Assembly (NCBI GenBank): GCA_900547385.1
Contig: URGQ01000002.1
Coordinates: forward strand, 114,475-178,474
Source of the DNA: an uncultured Oscillospiraceae bacterium
GTDB taxonomy: Bacteria; Bacillota; Clostridia; Oscillospirales; Ruminococcaceae
Direction: 5' to 3'
Length of the DNA stretch: 64,000 nucleotides
Numbering within the stretch: the stretch's first letter is position 1; the number at the start of each line of letters is the position of its first letter. Position numbers and translations under genes: made by a program. Shown here piece by piece: positions 52,596 through 61,300 of the stretch. The notes beneath the pieces were generated by a model. That model ran no database searches, had not been told where the DNA came from, and was given only the letters and a program-made list of their open reading frames with translations.

Positions 52596-53036
52596 TTATT
52601 TAATCTCAACTGTAGATCTTGCAGGCAATTGACGGGAAGCCTTTGGAACGGAAATGCACAGGATGCCGTTTTCAAATTTAGCAGTGACCTGGGTAGGATC
52701 AATATCAGTACCAACATAGAAGCTGCGGCTACAAGAGCCCGCATAGCGTTCCTGACGGATGTATTTTCCTTCCTTATCACTTTCCTCTTTATCAAGTCCT
52801 TTGGCGGCGCTAATGTTTAGACAGCCTTCTTTCAGCTCGATGGAGATTTCATCTTTCTTAAAACCGGGCAAGTCAATATCCAGCTCGTAGGAGTTTTCGG
52901 TTTCCCGAACATCGGTCTTCATTAGATTCTTTGCGCGTTTACCGTAAAGAGGGTTATGACCTTGAGGCGCCATAATGGCGAAAGGTTCATTAAAAAATTC
53001 GTCGAAAAGATTTTCACCAAAGATACTGGGCATCAT
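52596..53036 (-). CDS. Hsp20/alpha-crystallin small heat-shock protein
   Basis: ACD domain (ELDIDLPGFKKDEISIEL, GILCISVPK); GGAGG SD. Confidence 0.9.
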   Translation of the reverse strand: MMPSIFGENLFDEFFNEPFAIMAPQGHNPLYGKRAKNLMKTDVRETENSYELDIDLPGFKKDEISIELKEGCLNISAAKGLDKEESDKEGKYIRQERYAGSCSRSFYVGTDIDPTQVTAKFENGILCISVPKASRQLPARSTVEIK

Positions 53037-53117
53037 AATTCATTCCTCCATTATTTTTTGATATAGGATTAAGCTGCTTCCTTAGGAGATTTTGTTGAAT
53101 CTCTCAAGTACAATACC

Positions 53118-53159
53118 ATTATAATTCCAAAATTAGCACTGTCAATAGTAGAGTGCTAA
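53118..53159 (-). promoter_or_regulatory. Sigma-A promoter (TTGACA-N16-TATAAT on the minus strand) overlapping a CIRCE/HrcA operator
   Basis: CIRCE TTAGCACTG-tcaatagta-GAGTGCTAA at 53133-53159. The -35 (53140-53145) lies inside it and the -10 is at 53118-53123. Confidence 0.7.
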
Positions 53160-53328
53160 TGTTTACAATTAAAATTGAATTTATTCATAAAATGTACTAT
53201 TTTGAAGAAATAATGTAAAATAGAAGAGAGAAGCAACTGGAAATCACGGGCGAGATCTCCAACCGCGGCAAGCGCCGGATTCGCAATTAGAAACCCACAG
53301 GGTGCGGCGGGTGACTTAATTTAGCGAA

Positions 53329-53429
53329 ATTTTTTTGATAAATCAAAATAGGGGATTGACAAAAGAGCGTGAATTTGTTATTGTGTGTTTAAGGAAATGC
53401 CATTTCGCTAAATTGAAATTTAGCGAAAT
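53329..53429. repeat. Three copies of the 12-mer ATTTAGCGAAAT (one direct at 53329-53340, and an inverted pair at 53402-53429 with a 4-nt spacer)
   Basis: Exact repeats seen in the sequence. The pair forms ATTTCGCTAAAT-tgaa-ATTTAGCGAAAT. Confidence 0.6.
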
Positions 53430-53503
53430 AGGTGGAGGCGCAATAACATAATACAAGCAATATCGATTATATAAAAAAAGCCCAGTGTAAACTGGGCTTT
53501 TTG
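53356..53503 (+). ncRNA. Candidate small transcript: a plus-strand promoter, the inverted-repeat hairpin, then a terminator
   Basis: TTGACA-N17-TATTGT (TG-extended) at 53356-53384, a hairpin at 53402-53429, and a terminator (an A-run, GCCCAGT-gtaa-ACTGGGC, TTTTT) at 53473-53503. No plausible ORF or start codon. Confidence 0.25.
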
Positions 53504-53515
53504 CTATGTCATTCT

Positions 53516-54652
53516 TTATTTACTTTTTTGAGCAAAGTATTGATATAGGTTACATTTTAGCATTCCATTATAGAGCTTACGCTTTTTATCTGCTTTTCTG
53601 CCAAAGCTTTGCTCGAAATTTTCCGCTGATGAAATGATGTAATAGGCCGTCTGCTGAGATGGCTGAAATACATTACCCATCGTTTGGTATAGCTTTGTCA
53701 AATCTTCGCCATTCATTAGGCGCTCGCCGTATGGCGGATTTGTCACGACCAATGATTTTCGATCTGGCATCGTGAAGTTTTTGACATTCATCTTTTCTAA
53801 CCGTACTAGTCCGGCAATACCAGCACGGCGTGCATTCGCTTCAGCAATCTCCAGTGAATCTTGGCTGATATCGCTGCCGAAAGCAGTAAATTCTATGTCT
53901 TTGCGGATTTTTTCTATCGCCTCTTCCCTACTCGTTTGCCATATTTTAGACGGTAAGCTATCCCATTTTTCTGCTGCAAAGCGGCGGTAAATGCCAGGAG
54001 CAATATTTTTGGCTTTATAGGCTGCTTCGATCAAAAATGTACCTGAGCCGCAGAACGGATCATACAGCTGTGTATCCGGGTATATTCGTGCAATATCCAG
54101 GATTCCAGCCGCTAGAGTTTCCCGAATTGGGGCAAGATTTGCAACTTTACGGTAGCCGCGCTTGTGCAGTGCCATGCCACTGGTATCCAGCATTATGGTG
54201 ACAGTATCCTTATTAATTGAAAATTGTATCTGGATAGTTGGGCCGGATTCCTCCAACCAGGCAACACCATATTTACGGGAAAGACGCTTGACTGCAGCCT
54301 TCTTGATGATGGATTGGCAGTCCGGAACACTATGGAGCTGTGAATTTAGACTCCATCCCTTAACTGGAAAAGCGTCTTTCTTGCCAATATACTCTTCAAA
54401 GGGGATTTTTTCTGCGCCATCAATGAGCTGCTGGAATGTGACAGCCCGAAAGCTGTCTAGGACAATGAGAACTCGCTCGGCGGTGCGCAGATTGAGGTTA
54501 GCCCTGGCGATCCCCTCCGCATCAGCGGTGAACTCTACTCGGCCATCGGTAACAGAGATGCCCTCGAAACCAAGGCGTTTTAGTTCGCCGCTTAGGACGC
54601 TTTCCAGGCCAAATAGGCAGGGCGCGCATAGTTTATATAATTGATTTATCAT
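53516..54652 (-). CDS. THUMP-domain class I SAM-dependent RNA methyltransferase (RlmL/RlmK-like, COG0116)
   Basis: THUMP N-terminus and methyltransferase motifs (DPFCGSGTF, NPPYG). ATG at 54652 after GGGAAAGGA. Confidence 0.8.
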   Translation of the reverse strand: MINQLYKLCAPCLFGLESVLSGELKRLGFEGISVTDGRVEFTADAEGIARANLNLRTAERVLIVLDSFRAVTFQQLIDGAEKIPFEEYIGKKDAFPVKGWSLNSQLHSVPDCQSIIKKAAVKRLSRKYGVAWLEESGPTIQIQFSINKDTVTIMLDTSGMALHKRGYRKVANLAPIRETLAAGILDIARIYPDTQLYDPFCGSGTFLIEAAYKAKNIAPGIYRRFAAEKWDSLPSKIWQTSREEAIEKIRKDIEFTAFGSDISQDSLEIAEANARRAGIAGLVRLEKMNVKNFTMPDRKSLVVTNPPYGERLMNGEDLTKLYQTMGNVFQPSQQTAYYIISSAENFEQSFGRKADKKRKLYNGMLKCNLYQYFAQKSK

Positions 54653-54750
54653 GATGAGATTTGTCCTTTCCCGTAAAAAGCGGTGGGAAGCCAGCTTGCT
54701 TCCCACCGGTGATCACTTTACTTTATACGATTCCAATGAGGGGGTGCCGT

Positions 54751-55287
54751 TTAGTCATCCAATGGCTGCAATAGACCATAGTTGCCATCCTTGCGGCGAT
54801 AAACTACATTGATTTCGCCAGTTTCCGGGCTGCGGAACAGGAAGAAAGTATGTCCCAACATATTCATCTGCAGGATGGCTTCTTCTGCATCCATGGTTTC
54901 CACATGGAACTTCTTGGTCTTCACCAACTCGGTAGCAGGAACAACTTCTTCCTCCAGAACATCAGCTGTACCGAACGCTGTAAAATCCATTGCGGATTTG
55001 AGACGCTTTTCCAGGCGCTCTTTGTTGCGGACAATCTGTTTCTGCAGAACATCCAATACTAGGTCCAAAGAAGTTTGGCGGTCATCAGAGGTGCGTTCAG
55101 CGCGGAAGAACATACCGTGGGACTGAATGGTCACTTCAACGGTTTCATCCTCATTGTGGTTGGTCACAATGATATTTACCACAGGATCGTCATCAAAAAA
55201 CTTGCCGAGCTTCTTCAGGCGCTTTTCGGCATATTCCTTAAAGCTGTCACGAATCACGGTCTTTTTACCAATGTAGTTGACGGTCAT
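54751..55287 (-). CDS. hpf: Ribosome hibernation-promoting factor, long form
   Basis: RaiA/HPF N-terminal domain plus a C-terminal dimerisation domain. AAGGAG SD before ATGACCGTC. Confidence 0.9.
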   Translation of the reverse strand: MTVNYIGKKTVIRDSFKEYAEKRLKKLGKFFDDDPVVNIIVTNHNEDETVEVTIQSHGMFFRAERTSDDRQTSLDLVLDVLQKQIVRNKERLEKRLKSAMDFTAFGTADVLEEEVVPATELVKTKKFHVETMDAEEAILQMNMLGHTFFLFRSPETGEINVVYRRKDGNYGLLQPLDD

Positions 55288-55402
55288 GATGGTCACTCCT
55301 TGCTTGTATGGTATGAAGATCGGTTTCCCTTTCTCCTGGCTATATTATACCAAGCAGACAAGAAATTTGCAATAGAAACTATGCAGTTTTGTTAAAAACT
55401 TC

Positions 55403-56557
55403 TCAATTCGTACAAATGCCGTCTACAAATACAGCATTTGGCTTTACTAGCAAATCGATAGGATCACGGTCAAATATAAGCAAATCAGCTCGCTTTCCTA
55501 CTGTGATGGAACCAACCTGGTCAGATACACCGGCGGCTTCCGCAGAACGAATTGTGAGAGCTTCTAGAGCCTTTTGCCAGGGTAAACCATCGATTACCGC
55601 AATTTTAGCGGAAGCAGCCAGCAGATCGATTGGAAAAACAAGTGCATCGGTATTAAAAGCGACAGGGACGCCTGCTTCGGTCAACCTGGCGGCGTTATAA
55701 CGCTCTTGGTTACGAAGTTCTGGCTTGGTCCGGGCAGAGATGATGGGACCGACTGAGGCGACATAGCCGCTATCATGCAGGGCTTCCGTGACCAAGTGAC
55801 CTTCGGTACAGTGAATGATGACTGCATCAAGATCAAATTCTTTGGCAATGCGAATGGCGGTGCAGATATCATCGGCACGGTGGGCATGGAAATGCGCTTT
55901 GATTTTGCGTTCCAGTACTGGCAATAGGGCCTCGCACTTCATATCAAGTTCAGGCGGGTCAGTGTCTTCCTCATCTTTGGATTTTTGCAGATCCTGCTGA
56001 TAGCGTTTTGCCTTCATCAGCTGTTCCCGAATGACCGATGCGATGGCCATACGGGTGGCAGGTGTTTCTTCTTTGCCGTTATACACTTTTTTAGGGTTTT
56101 CGCCCAGGGCAAATTTCATGGCAGAGGGAGCCTTCAGCACCATTTTATCGATGTAGCTGCCAGCAGTATGCAGTACACACACCTGACCGGCAACGGGATT
56201 GGCACTGCCGGGACCTACGGAAACGGTGGTAATACCGTATTCCAGAGCCTCCTGAAAGGCACGGTCCAGCGGGTTAACAGCATCAATGGCTCGAATCTGC
56301 GGGGTGGAGGGGTCGGTCATTTCATTGGTATCATCCCCCTCAAAATCCAAACCGCTTTCCCAAATGCCAATGTGACAATGAGAATCAATAAAGCCCGGAG
56401 TGACTAAGCAGCCTGCAGCATCATACAGTTCTGCTTCATCACCACGATAGATACCATCCCCTACCTCGGCGATTTTACCGTTTTTGATAACAATATAGCC
56501 GCTTTCTATGATTTGGCTGTGATCACAGGTGTTTATTTTTGCGTTGATAATAACCAT
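55403..56557 (-). CDS. Amidohydrolase-family metal-dependent hydrolase
   Basis: HxH metal motif (DSHCHIG), TIM-barrel amidohydrolase fold, 384 aa. Confidence 0.75.
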   Translation of the reverse strand: MVIINAKINTCDHSQIIESGYIVIKNGKIAEVGDGIYRGDEAELYDAAGCLVTPGFIDSHCHIGIWESGLDFEGDDTNEMTDPSTPQIRAIDAVNPLDRAFQEALEYGITTVSVGPGSANPVAGQVCVLHTAGSYIDKMVLKAPSAMKFALGENPKKVYNGKEETPATRMAIASVIREQLMKAKRYQQDLQKSKDEEDTDPPELDMKCEALLPVLERKIKAHFHAHRADDICTAIRIAKEFDLDAVIIHCTEGHLVTEALHDSGYVASVGPIISARTKPELRNQERYNAARLTEAGVPVAFNTDALVFPIDLLAASAKIAVIDGLPWQKALEALTIRSAEAAGVSDQVGSITVGKRADLLIFDRDPIDLLVKPNAVFVDGICTN

Positions 56558-56631
56558 GTATTCAGCAACATCCCTTCAGTGAAATAAAAAGAGCCGGCGT
56601 GCTGTGCTGCCGGTCGGCTCTTGATATGCAA

Positions 56632-57108
56632 TTATTTCTTTGATCGACGGTTATTGCCGCCGCGGCGGGTATCCATTACCCGGCTTAAATCGGACATCTT
56701 ATCATCGCTGGTACGCTTAAAGCGTGCCATCATATCTTCAAAGGCATCTCCTGTAGCAGGCGTATAGGGCTTGGGAGGCTGATAGACATAGGTATTATTC
56801 CCGCGGGGGCCACGGCTATCCCGGTTTTCTCGCTGGCCATCACGACTGCGATTTTGCTGGGGCTTTGGCTCCGGCGGTAACAGTGCCTTAATGGAAAGGG
56901 CGATTTTATGATTCTCGTTGATGGCGACCACCTTGGCCTTGACACTGTCCCCTACTTTTAGGTGTTCATTGATGTCCTTGACATAAGTATTTGCTACTTC
57001 CGAGATATGTACCATCCCGGAGCCGCCACCATCAATATTAATGAACGCGCCAAAATTGGTGATCTTGCTGACCTTTCCTTCAACTACGGTGCCTACACTC
57101 AGCTGCAT
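56632..57108 (-). CDS. yabR: S1 RNA-binding domain protein (YabR-like)
   Basis: S1 domain GTVVEGKVSKITNFGAFI with a basic C-terminal tail; same order as yabP-yabQ-divIC-yabR in Bacillus. Confidence 0.8.
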   Translation of the reverse strand: MQLSVGTVVEGKVSKITNFGAFINIDGGGSGMVHISEVANTYVKDINEHLKVGDSVKAKVVAINENHKIALSIKALLPPEPKPQQNRSRDGQRENRDSRGPRGNNTYVYQPPKPYTPATGDAFEDMMARFKRTSDDKMSDLSRVMDTRRGGNNRRSKK

Positions 57109-57137
57109 CTACGGTTGTTCCTCCAAAGTTGGTTAGA

Positions 57138-57419
57138 TTACGGGACTACGATATAAACATTTTCTTCAGGATCGCAGTAGTCATTTTCGCCACGTGCTTC
57201 CTGGTTCAAATAGTAATCGCTATTTTCCAGCATACGGTCTATTTCGTCATTTTCGGCCTGTTGACTGGCCACGCGCTGTTGTGCGTCGGCCAGTTCGTTT
57301 TTCATCTGGGCAGCCTGCACACGGCCTTTCACAAAATACACCGCAATGAGCAGTACGAGAAAAACGATGATGAGACTTAGAATGCGGTTGGTCTGTTTGA
57401 TGGTCAGGTGCTTTTTCAT
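57138..57419 (-). CDS. divIC: Cell-division protein DivIC/FtsB-like (septum formation initiator)
   Basis: N-terminal TM helix followed by a coiled coil, 93 aa; GGAGG SD. Confidence 0.75.
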   Translation of the reverse strand: MKKHLTIKQTNRILSLIIVFLVLLIAVYFVKGRVQAAQMKNELADAQQRVASQQAENDEIDRMLENSDYYLNQEARGENDYCDPEENVYIVVP

Positions 57420-57915
57420 TCCCGTTTTCCTCCATACTGTTTTTGGATACTTTATTATACAACAGCCACCGGGGCTTTTTCAAGCTGTTTTTAGGTGTTT
57501 TCCTCTTGATAGTGGATTTTTTACAGACAGTGGATATGGAATGAAAAAGCCGCTGGGCCAAAGTGATGATCGGACTCAATAAAAAAGAAAAAACACGGTG
57601 GACCATCAGCAGTAGCCAGTTAAAAAAACGGATTACCAACCGGCTGACTGTATTGTGGTACAGCAACCAGCCGATAATAACACCAAGGATGATGAAGTAA
57701 CGCAAGCGGCCGGCCGATTCCATGAGTAGATAGTTGAATAGCAAGACTCCGAACAGAAGAAAATAGAGAATGTCAAGGATAACATGGGGTTGTGCTTGCG
57801 CGGGAAATAATCCGCGAATAGTGTAGAATGCATCATAAAGCAAACTGAGCAAGGTACCAAGCAGCAGCGACTGCAAAAACTGTATAACAGGAGGAACTGC
57901 GGATATCAGTGTCAC
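57247..57915 (-). CDS. yabQ: Spore cortex biosynthesis protein YabQ. The 3' extent is uncertain because the frame overlaps divIC by about 170 nt
   Basis: Polytopic N-terminal region typical of YabQ; GTG start after AAAGGGGG; located between yabP and divIC. Confidence 0.65.
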   Translation of the reverse strand: MTLISAVPPVIQFLQSLLLGTLLSLLYDAFYTIRGLFPAQAQPHVILDILYFLLFGVLLFNYLLMESAGRLRYFIILGVIIGWLLYHNTVSRLVIRFFNWLLLMVHRVFSFLLSPIITLAQRLFHSISTVCKKSTIKRKTPKNSLKKPRWLLYNKVSKNSMEENGNEKAPDHQTDQPHSKSHHRFSRTAHCGVFCERPCAGCPDEKRTGRRTTARGQSTGRK

Positions 57916-57932
57916 GCCGGAACATGCCCCCT

Positions 57933-58226
57933 TTAGCGGAACAGACGGCCGAAAAAGCCGCTGGATTGCGGTTGGTTATCGGTATAAGTTAGGCTGATGA
58001 TCTCTCCTTCCAAAGAAAGATCGCCGCTTTCCACATCGATGCGGTTGATGTGCAGGTCATAACCGTGGATAATGAGTTCGCCCAGTTCGGTGGCTAAGGC
58101 TACGGTTTCTTCATCAAAGCTCTCTACATCAGTCACGCCGCTGACAGAAAGCCGCTTTCGATCTTCTATTACGAGGGTGTGAGGAGCACTCATTGCAGTA
58201 GAGCTCATGTCTTTCATGCGTTCCAT
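57933..58226 (-). CDS. yabP: Sporulation protein YabP
   Basis: YabP family beta-barrel protein, 97 aa; AAAGGGGGA SD. Confidence 0.8.
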   Translation of the reverse strand: MERMKDMSSTAMSAPHTLVIEDRKRLSVSGVTDVESFDEETVALATELGELIIHGYDLHINRIDVESGDLSLEGEIISLTYTDNQPQSSGFFGRLFR

Positions 58227-58376
58227 TTTTTGTCCCCCTTTTTATAAAATGGTGAGATCTTGCTACACTATATGCGGTGGCTGGACAAAATATCCGGGAA
58301 AAGAAAAGCCTGAGGTTTTTGAAACCTCAGGTCTTATTCTTTATAGAAATGTTTCATGAAACATTTTGAAGGTAAT

Positions 58377-61300
58377 TTACCCGAAAAAGCTGATTTGACT
58401 GCTTTCCGGCAAGGAAGTCAGTGAACCATGCTCTCGGAGCAGATCGATGACCGTTTTACTGACGCCGGCACGGGTTGTCAAGTCATCGATGGAAAGGTAA
58501 GGACCTTTCTTCCCGGCTTCCGCCAAGGAGGTGGCAGCAGCAGCGCCCAATCCCTTTAACGCTGTGAATGGTAAGCGCAATTTATCTCCTTCCAGACGGT
58601 ACAATGTTGCATCAGATTGATACAAATCCACGGGAAGCAGCTCAATTCCACGCAAAAGCATCTCATAAGTTACCTGCAGTGTTTCCAACTGGTCGCTCTC
58701 CTTCTGGGAGATATCATTCCCCTTAGCTGTGAGCGACAAGATCTTTTGCTTTACAGCTGCGGACCCAAGGATAGCTGTATTGGCGTCGAAGTCATCTCCG
58801 CGTGAGGTGAAATATACAGCATAGAATTCCCGCGGGCGGTAGACCTTGAACCATCCCAAACGGACGGCAGCGATAACATAGGCTGCGGCGTGCGCCTTCG
58901 GGAACATATACTGGATTTTGAGACAACTATCAATATACCACGGAGGTACATCGTGAGCCAACATATCCTGCTTCATCTCATCGGTAAGCAATTTAGGAGC
59001 TTTACCTTTACGGGTGATCTCCATGATCTTAAAGGCAAGCTTGGGTTCCATCCCATGGTGCAGCAGGTATGTCATTATGCTATCACGAGTACCGATTACT
59101 TCGGAAATAGTACAGGTGCCGTTGCGGATCAGGTCCTGTGCATTGCCCAACCAAACAGCGGTGCCGTGGGAAAGCCCGGAGATTTGCAGCAGATCAGAGA
59201 AGGTTTTTGGCTTTGCTTCCAGCAGCATTCCGCGTACAAACCCAGTACCCATTTCCGGCAGAGCCAGTGTGCCATTGGCAATGCCGATATCATCCAGTGT
59301 GATTCCAAGCGCTTCACAGGATGTGAACAGCGTATAAACTGCCGGATCATTGGTAGGGGTATCATTGATTTTAAGCCCCGTATAATCCTCCAAATGCTTG
59401 TATAGTGTTGGTACAACATGCCCCAGTTCATCCAGCTTGAGGATAGTATCATGGAGTGAGTGGAAATCGAAATGGGTGGTGATGATATCGGAGTTTGGAT
59501 CATCGGCTGGGTGCTGCACTGGACAGAAATCGTAGACCTCATAGTCATTGGGAATAACGACCATGCCACCGGGATGTTGGCCAGTGGTGCGCTTGACACC
59601 GGTGCAGCCTTGGATCAGTCGATTTTCTTCGGCATTGGTGACAGTTTGGCCGCGCTCCTCCAGGAAATGCTTAACATAGCCAAAAGCGGTCTTATCCTTA
59701 ACGGTACTAATAGTACCTGCTTTGAACACATGGTCACGGCCAAATAGTTCTTCGGTATACCGGTGGGCACGGGACTGATATTCATTGGCAAAGTTAAGAT
59801 CGATATCCGGTTCTTTATCGCCATCAAAGCCCAGGAAAGTCTCAAATGGGATCTCGTGACCATCCTGGTACATCTCTATCCCGCAGTTCGGACATTTTTT
59901 ATGGGGAAGGTCAAATCCGGAACCATAGCTGCCATCAGTGATAAATTCGCTGTGCTTGCACTTACGGCAAAGATAATGCGGCGCCAGCGGGTTGACCTCC
60001 GAAATGCCTGCCATAGTAGCTACAAATGAGGAACCGACCGATCCACGGGAACCGACCTGATAGCCTTCCTCATTGGAACGGTAAATAAGCTTTTGGGCGA
60101 TCATATACAGCACTGCAAAGCCGTGTTTGGTAATAGAATCCAACTCGCGATTCAGGCGCTTCTCCACAATCTCTGGCAGGGGGTCGCCGTACATTTCCTT
60201 GGCGCGGGTAGTGGTAATGCGAATCAGATCCTCTTCCGAGCCTGGAATGCTGGGCGGGAATGTGCCTTTTGGAATTGGACGAACATATTTCACGCTTTCG
60301 GCAATTTTGCGGGGGTTATCAATAACGATTTCCCGCGCGGTCTCATCTGGCAGATAATCAAATTCCTTCAGCATCTGGTCAGTTGTACGGAAGAAGAGTG
60401 GTGCCTGATTATCCGCATCCTTAAAGCCCATCCCAGCCATCAGGATTTCCCGAAAGCGAGCATCTTTCTGTTCCATAAAGTGAACATCACCGGTGGCAAC
60501 GACCGGAATACCAAGCTGTTTGCCGAGTTTAAGTACAGTGATATTGAAGTTCTGAATGTCCTTTTCACTGCGGACCTCTCCATCCCGTACCATGAACATA
60601 TTATTACCTAGGGGCTGGATCTCCAAATAATCGTAAAAAGAAGCGATATCGCAAAGCTCAGCCCATTTCTTCCCTTCCCGGATTGCTTTATAGAGTTCGC
60701 CGGCTTCACAGGCGGAGCCAACCAACAGTCCCTCCCGGTATTTTACCAGCAGACTCTTAGGAATTCGAGGCTTTTTATGGAAGTATTCCAAATGAGAGGC
60801 GGAGATTATCTTGTAGAGATTTTTAAGGCCAACTTGATTTTGCACTAGCAGAACAATATGGTAGGGATGAGTTTTGGTGTTGTTCTGCTGGCCAATGGAG
60901 TGATTAATCTCCGACACCATAGTAATCTTCTTTTCCGCAACCAGTTCGTCCAGCATCTTGAGGAAGATCTCGGCAAGTACGCGGGCATCGTCATCGGCAC
61001 GATGATGGTGCTTCTGTTCCACACCCATATGCTCCGCTAGGGTATCCAACTTGTGTTTTCTCAGTTCCGGATACATGGCACGGCCCATCACCAGGGTGTC
61101 TATCTGCACCGGGTCCTCTTCCCTGCCACAGCGACGGATGGCTGTCCGCAAAAAGCCCATATCGAAATCTGCATTGTGGGCGACAAAGATATCACAGCCA
61201 TCACAGAAATGGAAAAACTGTTCTAGCGCTTCGCTTTCGGTGGGGGCACCGGCCACCATCTCATTGGTGATACTGGTAAGTCGGGTAATTTCGGGTGAAA

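Noticed and set aside
53133-53159. The CIRCE-like palindrome as a possible sequence coincidence
   Set aside because: Not rejected. It matches the consensus at 17 of 18 arm positions with a 9-nt spacer, and it is positioned on a promoter, so it is kept as a feature.
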